Assembly (NCBI GenBank): GCA_964477095.1
Contig: CAYZDA010000002.1
Coordinates: 42,259-106,258, forward strand
Source of the DNA: an uncultured Bacteroidales bacterium
Lineage (GTDB): Bacteria; Bacteroidota; Bacteroidia; Bacteroidales; PWNQ01
Reading direction: 5' to 3'
Length of the DNA stretch: 64,000 nt
The notes below the pieces were generated by a model. That model was not told the DNA's origin. It saw only the letters and a program-made list of their open reading frames with translations, and made no database searches. Below are positions 28,624 to 38,415 of this stretch, piece by piece (position 1 is the stretch's first letter; the number at the start of each line of letters is the position of its first letter). Position numbers and translations under genes: made by a program.

Positions 28624-29810
28624 ATTAATGGCTTTTCTGTTTCTGTTTTAAACGATTCGATATCTTTATCCATAGCGATTAACCGGCCTGCTGTGATTTT
28701 ACCGCTCTGCTGAACCGAGTTTATCCCGGCAAATAATGCTTTTAGCTTTTTAAGATCGTATTTGCTTTTCTTACTTATCAATATGGCATCATTTTCTGAA
28801 AAATCCATGGTTCTCAGATAAAATCTGTCTTTCAAAAATGCTTTAAAATGCCGGATTTTTTTCATGGCTACAGCCTTATGATGACCGTCGTGCAAATATA
28901 AGCGTGTGACACTTTTCACATAAAGCAGTGCATTTTCAGGTGGCTTGCCAGCCACAGGAATGGCCCGTTGCCGGCGCTTGATATTGAACAACAGGTAGAG
29001 CAGCGCTGTAAAGATGAGCAAATACCAGGCAATACGCAGTGTTTTTACGGAAAGCACATAACGCAACGGATTAGCTGTAGCATTGGAGATTAGCATACTT
29101 TCATCCATCCACACCACCTCTTCGGCAGGCAAAGCAGTTAGTACTTGCTCTGCATATGCGCGGGTATCATCCCTCAGAATATGATAATTGCTGAATGCCA
29201 GCGGTGAGGAATGCAGGAAAATGCTTCCTTTTCCGTGTGTTACCCGTAGATAGTTCGGCAGGTTGTTGCCTGTGGTGCCCAGGATATCAATCTGACCTGT
29301 ATCTACACTTAGGAGAAAATAAGTTTCTGAAGTAAATTGTACCCGGATTTCTGATTCAGCTTCCGGATACTCCTTCAGCCTAAGCTTCAGTTTCTGGTCT
29401 TTCTTCTTTCCTGAGTAGTTATATATTGCTTCTATGCCAAGTGTATCCATGAGAAGGTGTCCAAAGCTAAAAGCCGACAGGAAAATGGTATTCCCCTCCT
29501 CCACATGCGCGAGCATATACTCGAGAGATTCACGCGAAGGATTAATACCCGGCCTTATCTTCACCACATTAAAGGTATCCAGCGGGGTGTTTAAATAAAA
29601 ATCGTAGAACGACTGATCAGTGGCCTTCACATTATCCTGTCCAAAAAGATCAGACATTGATCGATGCATCACCCAGGTTCCGTAAGGTGTTTTTTCCTCA
29701 GCCGACAGATTAGCTTCCCAGCTAATTTCTTCCGGTAGATACAACTTTAGTAATATCAGTAGAAAAACCGCTATTCCAAAGATAATGATATATTTACGGG
29801 ATATTTGCAT
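28620..29810 (-). CDS. membrane-anchored protein, DUF4350-like (tentative)
   Basis: 396 aa with an N-terminal TM and an internal TM (IAWYLLIFTALLYLLF). Its position directly upstream of moxR matches the conserved neighbourhood I recall. The family call is tentative. Confidence 0.45.
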   Translation of the reverse strand: MQISRKYIIIFGIAVFLLILLKLYLPEEISWEANLSAEEKTPYGTWVMHRSMSDLFGQDNVKATDQSFYDFYLNTPLDTFNVVKIRPGINPSRESLEYMLAHVEEGNTIFLSAFSFGHLLMDTLGIEAIYNYSGKKKDQKLKLRLKEYPEAESEIRVQFTSETYFLLSVDTGQIDILGTTGNNLPNYLRVTHGKGSIFLHSSPLAFSNYHILRDDTRAYAEQVLTALPAEEVVWMDESMLISNATANPLRYVLSVKTLRIAWYLLIFTALLYLLFNIKRRQRAIPVAGKPPENALLYVKSVTRLYLHDGHHKAVAMKKIRHFKAFLKDRFYLRTMDFSENDAILISKKSKYDLKKLKALFAGINSVQQSGKITAGRLIAMDKDIESFKTETEKPLI

Positions 29811-29818
29811 CTGTCTGT

Positions 29819-29870
29819 TTTTGATTTCAGCGGTCAGTTAGCCTGCCCCACAAACGGCGGGGGAGCTCGC
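29819..29870 (-). repeat. GC-rich structured intergenic element, copy A (internal gap of the MoxR cluster)
   Basis: It shares the 16-mer TTTTGATTTCAGCGGT (29819-29834 vs 54208-54223). It also shares AACGGCGGG and GCGGGGGA(G/A)CTCGC (29857-29870 vs 54259-54272) with copy B. It ends 8 nt before the ATG of the downstream gene. Confidence 0.7.
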
Positions 29871-29930
29871 ACGGCTAACTCTCTCTCACTGTTATAGCTT
29901 CATAATCTATTAATAATTATTCTTGTCAAT

Positions 29931-30632
29931 TTAATTTTTCCTGTCAAACGTGATCCTTTCCTCAAGTTTGCTGAAGTGATCTGATATACGGTTGTAAATC
30001 GTTTTATCAATCTGGAATTCACCGTACCAGACGTATTCAAAATCGCGGTAAACTCTTTTGAAATCACTTTTCACGGCAGCATGTTTTATTTCAAAATAGT
30101 AATCTATGTTACGCTTGTGAGGCTTCCAGGCAATATAGCCTCCTTTGGACAATTTCTGAAGTATCTTCCTGAAATGATACCTCACAGCAAGATTGTAATG
30201 CCCATTCGCAACAGCTTCTTTCCAAAGATCATCATAGTTGATTTGGTGAAGCTGCTGTTTATTGTACAGTGGTTCCCACACCGAATCCTTCCTCCGGCTT
30301 CTGAAAAACAGCTTTCTGAAGGAAAGATTCGTGATATTAAAAATTATTAACAGCAGGACGAAGAATATCAACAGGTAAAGAATAACCTCCAAAATTACGG
30401 CCAGTGCATCCCCTCCACCATATCCGTCAACCAGGTTTATTAAAAAGCTCATAAGCGCTTCCAGCCATGTTTGATCAGGATTACTGTCGGCATGCACATA
30501 GGCAAAGTCTCTATGCTGAAGATATTCTTCGATTTTCTCATCTGAAAAGCCCCTCGTGCTATCCTGCACCTGCCGGGCACCTGATAATACCGGAATTAAA
30601 AATAATATTGATATTAGAATCTTTATTTTCAT
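29931..30632 (-). CDS. DUF4129-domain protein
   Basis: Signal/TM region. C-terminal ...ANGHYNLAVRYHFRKILQKLSKGGYIAWKPHKRNIDYYFE...FEYVWYGEF fits DUF4129. Confidence 0.6.
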   Translation of the reverse strand: MKIKILISILFLIPVLSGARQVQDSTRGFSDEKIEEYLQHRDFAYVHADSNPDQTWLEALMSFLINLVDGYGGGDALAVILEVILYLLIFFVLLLIIFNITNLSFRKLFFRSRRKDSVWEPLYNKQQLHQINYDDLWKEAVANGHYNLAVRYHFRKILQKLSKGGYIAWKPHKRNIDYYFEIKHAAVKSDFKRVYRDFEYVWYGEFQIDKTIYNRISDHFSKLEERITFDRKN

Positions 30633-31477
30633 TGGGTTTCTGTACTTCCCATCAGTTCTATTTCCTCTTCTATTCCTTTACCTTCTTTATCTTCCACTAT
30701 GGAGAAGTATCGCAATGCTATGCCCACGATGGGAAGCATTTGGGCAATTAAGGTAACAAAATATTCAATCGTATTCGATATTACGAGCTTAGTTGTTGAT
30801 ATATTGTATATCACTGTTGGATCCAGTGTAAAGAGTTTGTCCAATCCTAAAGCTAAGCCAACCGGCAACATTACTCCAAGAACAATGATCCCCTGAAGAA
30901 TCGTCAATAGGAGCACAAGACCAAATGTACCCCACCAGTAGCCTTTCATTAATTTGTGTGAACGTGAAATCGCTTCAAAAACTTCTTTGCGCTCCATAAC
31001 AACTACAATAAAAGTAAGGCTAAGCGCTATTATGGCATAGATACCGGGAAACACAAGCAAAACGATTCCCACACCTACAATTAAACCTACAATAATACCA
31101 GCCAAAATGTAAGGCCCGATATATTTCAAAATAAGTTTTTTTATTTCTGATATGGAAATACGGCTACTATCCTGATCATACTCCAGATAAAGCCGAAGAT
31201 AGCAGTAAATAGCCAGCGTAGCTACAAGTGTGGCAATTACATTAAACAAGCTGCTAAGGCTATTATAAATGTTGAAGTTTTCAGTAAAAAAACCTGTGCC
31301 TGTGGATGCACCGGCAGCCAAAAAAGCGATAGAAATCAGGTACCAGGGACCTGCAAAATAAAGAATTGCTTTAAACAGATTTTTAAAATTTAACCTGATA
31401 AATTCAAAGGTGGCACTGATCGTTTCACCTACATCACGTACTTTGCGCAAAGGGATTGCCTTCTTTTGATCTTCCAT
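30629..31477 (-). CDS. hypothetical polytopic membrane protein
   Basis: 282 aa, about 6 TM helices. Its stop overlaps the start of the DUF4129 gene. Confidence 0.5.
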   Translation of the reverse strand: MEDQKKAIPLRKVRDVGETISATFEFIRLNFKNLFKAILYFAGPWYLISIAFLAAGASTGTGFFTENFNIYNSLSSLFNVIATLVATLAIYCYLRLYLEYDQDSSRISISEIKKLILKYIGPYILAGIIVGLIVGVGIVLLVFPGIYAIIALSLTFIVVVMERKEVFEAISRSHKLMKGYWWGTFGLVLLLTILQGIIVLGVMLPVGLALGLDKLFTLDPTVIYNISTTKLVISNTIEYFVTLIAQMLPIVGIALRYFSIVEDKEGKGIEEEIELMGSTETQ

Positions 31478-32432
31478 GGGTTTGTTTGTTTTTAATTTTT
31501 ATAGGATAAATAATGTAATAATACAGAATAAAAGCAACTGAAGCCAGGATGATGATCAGGTTAAGCAACTGGGACTGTTGATAATGCCTGGTAATAAAAC
31601 TTTCAATGAAAGAGGCCAGAATAAAGAAAGGCATTAGCCCGGCAACGAGGATTGCTCCTTCCCTGGCTCCTTTGCGAAATGACAGCAGCCTGCTGAAAGT
31701 GCCGGGAAATAACAGGCTGTTGCCGAGTAACAGACCGGCTGCACCGGCTATTACAATGGAAAATATTTCAATGGTGCCGTGCAGCCAAATGGTCTGGCTT
31801 GCCACACCGAGCAGCCCCTGCTGAAAGAAAAAATACTGAAACGTGCCAAGCATTACTCCGTTTTGAAACATCAGTATAATGCTTCCGAAAGTAAAAACAA
31901 TTCCTGCTATAAACACATAAAAGGACACCTTGATATTGTTCCAGGCAATAACGAAAAACATTGTCCATGGATCCATGGAACCATAAACTCCCATTGGGTT
32001 GCCCTCCTTAATATTTTCCAACGTCATATCCACGTAGCGGTCGCCCAGTATAAGTCTCGCAAATGTTGCGTCATCATGGGTAGATAGCGCACCTATTATG
32101 GCCGAGAAAAGAAGTATAAGAAAGCTGTATATGATTTTTTTCCTGTGCTTATAAATCATCAGCGGATAGGTGTAACGGAAAAAGTTAATTATCCCTTTGC
32201 TGTCGCTTTTGTTACGTTTATAAAGCGCCTGCTGGGCTTTCATGGCAAGCTGGTTAAGATAACGAGTGGTATTGCTCTCGGGGAAATTGGTGCGGGCATA
32301 GGCAAGGTCATCCATCAGCTCCACATATAACTTCTCCAGCTCCTGCGGATCCTTTTTCTTATGATTGTTAAGATAGGACTCAAATTCTCTCCAGCGTTTG
32401 CTATATTTGTGAGAATAATTAACTTCGTTCAT
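31434..32432 (-). CDS. SpoIIM-like (DUF95) integral membrane protein
   Basis: 332 aa. ...FQNGVMLGTF...HGTIEIFSIVIAGAAGLLLG resembles the stage II sporulation protein M family. Confidence 0.6.
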   Translation of the reverse strand: MNEVNYSHKYSKRWREFESYLNNHKKKDPQELEKLYVELMDDLAYARTNFPESNTTRYLNQLAMKAQQALYKRNKSDSKGIINFFRYTYPLMIYKHRKKIIYSFLILLFSAIIGALSTHDDATFARLILGDRYVDMTLENIKEGNPMGVYGSMDPWTMFFVIAWNNIKVSFYVFIAGIVFTFGSIILMFQNGVMLGTFQYFFFQQGLLGVASQTIWLHGTIEIFSIVIAGAAGLLLGNSLLFPGTFSRLLSFRKGAREGAILVAGLMPFFILASFIESFITRHYQQSQLLNLIIILASVAFILYYYIIYPIKIKNKQTHGRSKEGNPFAQST

Positions 32433-32452
32433 TCAATTTAAGCATTATCATT

Positions 32453-33148
32453 ATGGAAAATATTTCTTTCTCAACTACGCAAAATGTTGAAATTCTATCT
32501 AATAAGGCAGGTGTTGGTGATCGCACTCTTGCCGCGTTAGCTGACTATTTTACATTATTTGTATTTTATATCATAACTTCCATATTAATTAACAGTTCAA
32601 ATATAGGAAACTTTGCTCTTATCAGTGTTATTTACGGGCTTATTTTTTTCTTTTATTTTTTTGTATCCGAATTATTCATGGATGGCCAAAGCATTGGAAA
32701 GCACACACGCGATATAAAAGTGATCAGTCAGTCGGGTCAAAATGCAAATATTGGGCAGTTGTTCATACGAAATCTTATCAGGCCTTTGGACATACTGTTC
32801 GGGATATTTTTCATAGCTTTCACGCCTAAAGCCCAGCGCTTAGGTGATCTTGCGGCCGGAACAGTGGTGGTTAAAATAAAAAAGTATGTTAGTATGGAAC
32901 AAACGGCTCATACTGATGTAGAACAGCATTACAGCCCGGTGCATCCCAGGCTCAAGGTCATCAAATTAAAACCTTCGGACATTGAATTGATAAAAAAGGT
33001 GTTGTATCATTCAAAACAAAACAGTGATTACAGGCTCACCAGGAAAATCTATGATAAAATAAAGGAAATTACAGGAATCGAACCCAGGAGCAAACCAGCC
33101 ATATTCCTGAAAGAAATACTAAAAGATTATAACTATTACAATAGTTGA
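32453..33148 (+). CDS. RDD-family membrane protein
   Basis: AGVGDRTLAALADYF..., DGQSIGKH..D.KV and IRNLIRPLD fit the RDD domain. Divergent from the SpoIIM-like gene. Confidence 0.7.
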   Translation: MENISFSTTQNVEILSNKAGVGDRTLAALADYFTLFVFYIITSILINSSNIGNFALISVIYGLIFFFYFFVSELFMDGQSIGKHTRDIKVISQSGQNANIGQLFIRNLIRPLDILFGIFFIAFTPKAQRLGDLAAGTVVVKIKKYVSMEQTAHTDVEQHYSPVHPRLKVIKLKPSDIELIKKVLYHSKQNSDYRLTRKIYDKIKEITGIEPRSKPAIFLKEILKDYNYYNS

Positions 33149-33202
33149 TACAAAAAGTCATCCCGTCTCACTTTAATAAATGACTATATTCACTAATGAA
33201 AA

Positions 33203-33241
33203 GAAAAAAAAGAGGCTACCCGTCTTATGACGGATAACCTC
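33203..33241 (-). terminator. intrinsic terminator after the porP/sprF-like gene
   Basis: On the minus strand: GAGGTTATCCGTC-ataa-GACGGGTAGCCTC (two G.T pairs) followed by TTTTTTTT. Confidence 0.6.
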
Positions 33242-33292
33242 AGCTTTACCTATTTTACTTTAACTACCCCCTGAAAAGTAATAGGCAAATTT

Positions 33293-34369
33293 TTAAAAGA
33301 AGTCATTATAACATTTCCTTGCGCTGGCTGCCCGGCTTCTGAGCGAGGGCCTGCGATCAGGAAACAGTGTTAAGTCTTCAAAAGAAAGACTGATGGTGAC
33401 TTCATGAGAGCCTGCAGTAGCAGTAGCCAGTTTTGAAACTATAATATCATAACTGTACCCGATATTCAGATACATATTTTTATCCAGTTCGATTTTGATG
33501 CCGAAAAGCAGCATAAGTGCATCGTAATTTTCTCTCATCAGTTTTACATTGCGATTTCGCATCCACACCCCGGTATATACCGGATCGGCCATAAAATTCA
33601 GGCCTGCGGAGAAGGTTTCAAACATCTCCTGGTTTTCATAGATAAATGCCGGCGAGAGGGCAATCTTCCTGTCTTTCCGCAAGTCATCCACCAGCGGGAT
33701 CACTGAGTGGGCATGAGCCACTACTTTCAGTGGCTTTCGTGATACCAGTCCTGTGAAACTCTCATCAGGTCTTGTTATGTGTGAGAACGAAACTCCGACT
33801 ACGTTGGTAGTGCGTGCCTGACCATTGGCAAATTCACCTGCATTAAAACGCCCAACTATACCTGCAGCAAAATCAGGGTATATAATACGGTCATTGTTGG
33901 CATTATGATAAGCAGAGGAATATATATCGCCATAGAGCGGGTCCAGCTGATCAGAAAATACAAGTCCATCGTCATTCAGCTTTTTCTCCACTGCTGCCGC
34001 CTGCAACCCCATCTGCAAATAGAACTTACGTTTGATCACCGGCATCCGGTAGCTGTACATAGCGCCAACCATATTTTCGCGCATCTGCCCGGCTCCCGAT
34101 TCGCCGCTATGAACCAGCAATCCCAAACCCCCGTTGATTGAAGGCTCTGCAACATCCAGGGTAATTATGCTATTTCTAAAGTTCCCGCCTATTTTTGGCC
34201 ACAGCTTCCTGTAAGCCGTATGGATTTGCAAGCCGTCTTTAAGACCGGCATTAGCCGGGTTGTAATAAACCGGGTTATTAAAGAACTGCGTATAATTGGC
34301 ATCCTGAGCAACTAATCCGGATGTCAGAAGTGTAATGCAGATAACAATTAGTGTATAAAGTTTGCTCAT
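33293..34369 (-). CDS. type IX secretion system membrane protein, PorP/SprF family
   Basis: Signal peptide, then QDANYTQFFNNPVYYNPANAGL, the family-defining N-terminal motif. Beta-barrel-like remainder. Confidence 0.8.
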   Translation of the reverse strand: MSKLYTLIVICITLLTSGLVAQDANYTQFFNNPVYYNPANAGLKDGLQIHTAYRKLWPKIGGNFRNSIITLDVAEPSINGGLGLLVHSGESGAGQMRENMVGAMYSYRMPVIKRKFYLQMGLQAAAVEKKLNDDGLVFSDQLDPLYGDIYSSAYHNANNDRIIYPDFAAGIVGRFNAGEFANGQARTTNVVGVSFSHITRPDESFTGLVSRKPLKVVAHAHSVIPLVDDLRKDRKIALSPAFIYENQEMFETFSAGLNFMADPVYTGVWMRNRNVKLMRENYDALMLLFGIKIELDKNMYLNIGYSYDIIVSKLATATAGSHEVTISLSFEDLTLFPDRRPSLRSRAASARKCYNDFF

Positions 34370-34462
34370 TCCTGTGTTAGTATCTGATGCAAAAATAGAA
34401 CAACAGGAAATTGATGGCGAACTTTTTTCTAATTATTGGACACTATATTCCAAAATTGGGAA

Positions 34463-35410
34463 TTATTTGTTCAGGTAGTTTAAGATGTTATTCTCTACCC
34501 TTTTTTCCACATCCTCCGAAATATCAGCCTTTACAAATTTTTTTCCGGTAATTTTTTCGTATAGCTCGATGTATCTTCCGGATACCCCGTTCACGAATTC
34601 ATCAGTCATATGAGGTATTTCCTGACCTTCATCCCCCCGGAAACCGTTTTCGATCAACCAGCTTCTCACGAATTCCTTGGAAAGCTGCTTTTGTTTTTCG
34701 CCTTTATCAAAGCGCTCCTGATAACCTTCCAGGTAGAAATAGCGTGAGCTGTCAGGTGTATGCACCTCGTCAATCAGGTGAATCCGGTCATCGATTTTAC
34801 CAAACTCATACTTGGTATCCACCAGGATAAGACCTTTATCTGCCGCCATCTTCGTGCCGCGTTCAAAGAGCTTACAGGTATATTCTTCCAGTTTGTTATA
34901 ATCTTCTTCTGATACCAGTTCTTTATTCAGGATTTCCTCACGGGAAATATCTTTATCATGCCCGGCATCTTCCTTGGTTGTGGGTGTGATGATGGGCTTT
35001 TGAAATTTCTGGTTTTCGCGCATACCATCGGGTAAGGGCACTCCGCAAAGCTCACGTTTTCCTGCTTTATATTCGCGCCAGGCATGGCCGGTAAGGTAAC
35101 CGCGGATAACCATTTCCACTTTGAAAGGCTCAGCCTTTTTGCCCACGGTAACCATGGGATCAGGGCTGTCAATCTTCCAGTTAGGAATAATATCCCTGGT
35201 GGCATCAAGAAAACCGGTTGCGATCATGTTCAACACCTGCCCCTTGTATGGAATTCCGCGTGGCAACACAACGTCAAAAGCAGATATCCGGTCGCTTACA
35301 ACCATTACCAGCTTATCATCCTTAATAAAATACACATCCCTAACCTTTCCCCTGTAAAAGCCGGTTTGATATGGCAGCTTAAAATTTGTTCTTATTAATG
35401 CTTTTGACAT
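34463..35410 (-). CDS. purC: phosphoribosylaminoimidazole-succinocarboxamide (SAICAR) synthase
   Basis: 315 aa. GKVRDVY...VSDRISAFD...IRGYLTG...LVDTKYEFG motifs. Confidence 0.9.
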   Translation of the reverse strand: MSKALIRTNFKLPYQTGFYRGKVRDVYFIKDDKLVMVVSDRISAFDVVLPRGIPYKGQVLNMIATGFLDATRDIIPNWKIDSPDPMVTVGKKAEPFKVEMVIRGYLTGHAWREYKAGKRELCGVPLPDGMRENQKFQKPIITPTTKEDAGHDKDISREEILNKELVSEEDYNKLEEYTCKLFERGTKMAADKGLILVDTKYEFGKIDDRIHLIDEVHTPDSSRYFYLEGYQERFDKGEKQKQLSKEFVRSWLIENGFRGDEGQEIPHMTDEFVNGVSGRYIELYEKITGKKFVKADISEDVEKRVENNILNYLNK

Positions 35411-35412
35411 AT

Positions 35413-36375
35413 TTATTGATTCTTGTTATGATTTTCGCTTTTCTGGTATGCATCAATGATTCGCGTAACCAGTTTATGGCGGATAATATCTTCACTTCCC
35501 AGCATCACAAAGTCAATTCCTTTAATCCTGTTCAGGTTATCCATCGCATGTTTTAATCCAGAGCGCTGATTTCGCGGCAGGTCAATCTGCGTGATGTCAC
35601 CTGTAACAACGAACCGGGAATATTCACCCATACGCGTGAGAAACATTTTCAGCTGACTGACGCTGGCATTTTGGGCCTCATCCAGTATCACTACGGCATG
35701 ATTAAGAGTGCGTCCGCGCATAAAGGCCAAAGGAGCGATCTCAATGGTACCGTCCTCCAGATATGTCAACAATTTTTGAGGTGGAAGCATGTCACGCAGC
35801 GCATCGTAGAGTGGCTGCAGATACGGGTCCAGCTTATCGCGCAGATCACCGGGCAAAAAGCCCAGGTTTTCGCCGGCTTCCACCGCCGGGCGTGTAAGGA
35901 TGATACGCTTCACCTGCCGGTCTTTCAGAGCCCTCACGGCCAGTGCTACAGCCGTGTAGGTCTTGCCAGTTCCGGCAGGGCCGATAGCAAATATCAGGTC
36001 GTATTTCCCGAAGCTTTCCACCATTTTTTGCTGGTTCACTGTACGTGCCTTGATCAGCTTACCGTGTCTGCCATGAACGATCACATCCTTGGGCTGGTTC
36101 AGCTCCACATCCATGGTTTCCGTATCTGTTTCCAGCATACGGGCTATATCGGGCTTCAGCAGGCGCCCGAACTTTTCATAATACAGCATCAGCAGGCGCA
36201 TCTTTTCGGCAAACCTCGCGGTTTCTTCTTCATCGCCCATGGCTTTTACCTGACTGCCTCGCACAATCAGCTTCAGTTTTGGAAAATATTTCTTGATTAG
36301 CTCCAGGTTGGCATCATTCACTCCAAAAAACTCCACCGGGTTAATGTCTTCCAGTATAATCTCGTGTTCGCCCAT
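35413..36375 (-). CDS. phoH: PhoH-family ATPase
   Basis: Walker [17 protein letters not shown]. ...[20 protein letters not shown]... and ILDEAQN are typical of PhoH/YbeZ. Confidence 0.9.
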   Translation of the reverse strand: MGEHEIILEDINPVEFFGVNDANLELIKKYFPKLKLIVRGSQVKAMGDEEETARFAEKMRLLMLYYEKFGRLLKPDIARMLETDTETMDVELNQPKDVIVHGRHGKLIKARTVNQQKMVESFGKYDLIFAIGPAGTGKTYTAVALAVRALKDRQVKRIILTRPAVEAGENLGFLPGDLRDKLDPYLQPLYDALRDMLPPQKLLTYLEDGTIEIAPLAFMRGRTLNHAVVILDEAQNASVSQLKMFLTRMGEYSRFVVTGDITQIDLPRNQRSGLKHAMDNLNRIKGIDFVMLGSEDIIRHKLVTRIIDAYQKSENHNKNQ

Positions 36376-36807
36376 TTATTTGATCCGTTTCGTGCAAAAA
36401 TAGCAAAAAAAATATTTTCCTGTGCTTGCGTAACTATGATGAAACAACGGCCCGGCAAAAATATCCGGGCATTTTCCTATATTGAAACAAACAGGTTTTC
36501 AGGACACACCGAATACCTCATTTCACTGTGAGCTTATAATCCCTTAGCTTTTTGCGTTGTTTGATACGCAGGGCATATTCCTGGGAATTCAACCAGCTCA
36601 ACATCTTTGGTGTAAGACTGCTGATGAAGCGTCATATTTTCAGTTTACAGATTCCGAATTACAGGTTGCGGATATATTCCCGGTCTCATTCAAAAATCTT
36701 CAATCCTATTCTACCTGCAGGCGGGCGGTCATTAATAAAATTTGTGCCGTGGTATTTGTGGAGGGTTTATGGTTTATTGCTAATTTTGAAGCTTCATTGG
36801 AAGACAT

Positions 36808-37611
36808 ATGGCCATAGTAACACTGACAACGGATTGGGGGCAACGGGATTATTTTGCCGGTGCGGTAAAGGGCAGGCTTTTATCAGCTTTGCCTGAGCTT
36901 GCCGTGGTTGATATTACCCACCTGGTGGAACCGCATAATATTGCACAGGCTGCTTTCGTTTTGCGCAACGCATTCAGGGAGTTCCCTGCAGGCACGGTAC
37001 ATATAGTGTCGGTGAATTCCACGGCATCAACCAAAAACCCTCATGTGGCAGTATTGCTGGAAGGCCATTACTTTATAGGTGCGGATAACGGACTGCTGAG
37101 CCTGATCTCGGATAAAAAGCCGGAAAAGATCATCGAAATTGATATACCCCAGGATTCGGGATACTTTGTGTTTCCGGGCAGGGATTTATTCGTAAAGGCT
37201 GCTGTTCATCTGGCTAAAGGACATGCCGTGGAAGAACTGGGATTTACCACGGCTCAACTGAAAGAAACAGCATTGTGGCAGGCCTCCATTGATCATGATC
37301 AGCTAACAGGAAACGACTGCATCAGCGGTAAAGTAATATACGTGGATAATTACGGCAATTGTGTTACTAACATCCCGCAAAAGGAATTTAATGCCCTGCG
37401 TAAAAACCGCAGCTTTTATATACATATGCCTTCCGATTCTTTCAGACAGTACAGCCTCTATGAAGCCTATGACGATGTGGACGAAGGAAAGCTGCTGGCA
37501 CTGATGTCAACCACCGGGTACCTGCAGATTGCCATAAACCAGGGCAGGGCAAACCGGCTACTGGGGCTTGAACCATGGGAATCAACCATTACGGTGGAAT
37601 TTATTGAATAA
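36808..37611 (+). CDS. SAM hydrolase / SAM-dependent halogenase family protein (DUF62)
   Basis: VTLTTDWGQRDYFAGAVKG...VDITH...VHIVSV... is the conserved N-terminus of S-adenosyl-L-methionine hydroxide adenosyltransferases. Confidence 0.8.
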   Translation: MAIVTLTTDWGQRDYFAGAVKGRLLSALPELAVVDITHLVEPHNIAQAAFVLRNAFREFPAGTVHIVSVNSTASTKNPHVAVLLEGHYFIGADNGLLSLISDKKPEKIIEIDIPQDSGYFVFPGRDLFVKAAVHLAKGHAVEELGFTTAQLKETALWQASIDHDQLTGNDCISGKVIYVDNYGNCVTNIPQKEFNALRKNRSFYIHMPSDSFRQYSLYEAYDDVDEGKLLALMSTTGYLQIAINQGRANRLLGLEPWESTITVEFIE

Positions 37612-37679
37612 GCGGTACAGGCTATTTACTCGCTGAATTTTGTTAATTTTGCAACTTGAAAAAACAAAAAAGAACCAAT

Positions 37680-38411
37680 ATGTTTACGGTTTTCAGAAAA
37701 GAAATTAATGCCTTTTTAAGTTCATTGATCGGACAAATAACCATTATTGTTTTCCTTTTGATCAATGGACTTTTCCTTTGGGTTTTCCCGCTGGGATTCA
37801 ACATACTTGATTATGGCTATGCCACGCTGGACAACCTGTTTATGCTATCGCCCTTTGTCTTTTTATTCCTGATACCTGCAATTACCATGCGCAGTTTTGC
37901 AGATGAGCGCAAGGCCGGTACTTTTGAAATACTGATGACAAAACCAGTTACAGATATACAGGTGATTTTGGGAAAGTACCTGGCCGGGGTCGTTTTGGTA
38001 ATCCTGAGTATCCTACCCACACTCATCTACTTCTATTCGGTTTACAGCCTGGGCTATCCTCCGGGAAATCTAGATGCCGGCGGAACCTGGGGTTCCTATA
38101 TCGGACTGCTCTTCCTGGCATCAGGATTTGTGGCCATTGGCACTTTTTGTTCGTCACTCACTGAAAACACCATTGTCTCATTTCTGCTTGCATTATTGAT
38201 AAGCGGTTTTTTTTACGTTGGATTCGACTTCATCCATTCACTGGCTATTTTCGGTTCTTTTGACCTGTTTATCAAAAATCTGGGTATAAATGCACATTAC
38301 ACCTCCCTGAGCCGCGGGGTGTTGGACACCAGGGATATTTTATATTTCCTGAGCCTTATAGCATTTTTCGTGTTGTTAACCAAAGTTTCACTTGAAAGCA
38401 GAAAGTGGTAG
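37680..38411 (+). CDS. gldF: gliding-motility ABC transporter permease GldF
   Basis: MFTVFRKEINAFLSSLIG...SFADERKAGTFEILMTKP (ABC-2 permease, GldF-type). A TAATTTTG box at 37644-37651 supports the ATG at 37680. Confidence 0.8.
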   Translation: MFTVFRKEINAFLSSLIGQITIIVFLLINGLFLWVFPLGFNILDYGYATLDNLFMLSPFVFLFLIPAITMRSFADERKAGTFEILMTKPVTDIQVILGKYLAGVVLVILSILPTLIYFYSVYSLGYPPGNLDAGGTWGSYIGLLFLASGFVAIGTFCSSLTENTIVSFLLALLISGFFYVGFDFIHSLAIFGSFDLFIKNLGINAHYTSLSRGVLDTRDILYFLSLIAFFVLLTKVSLESRKW

Positions 38412-38415
38412 TGTC

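Noticed and set aside
36376-36807. ORFs 36552..36896 and 36557..36817, plus short minus-strand ORFs, in the 430-nt phoH / SAM-hydrolase intergenic region.
   Set aside because: The frames overlap one another. They run into the well-supported SAM-hydrolase start and have no motifs. The region is more likely divergent promoter space.
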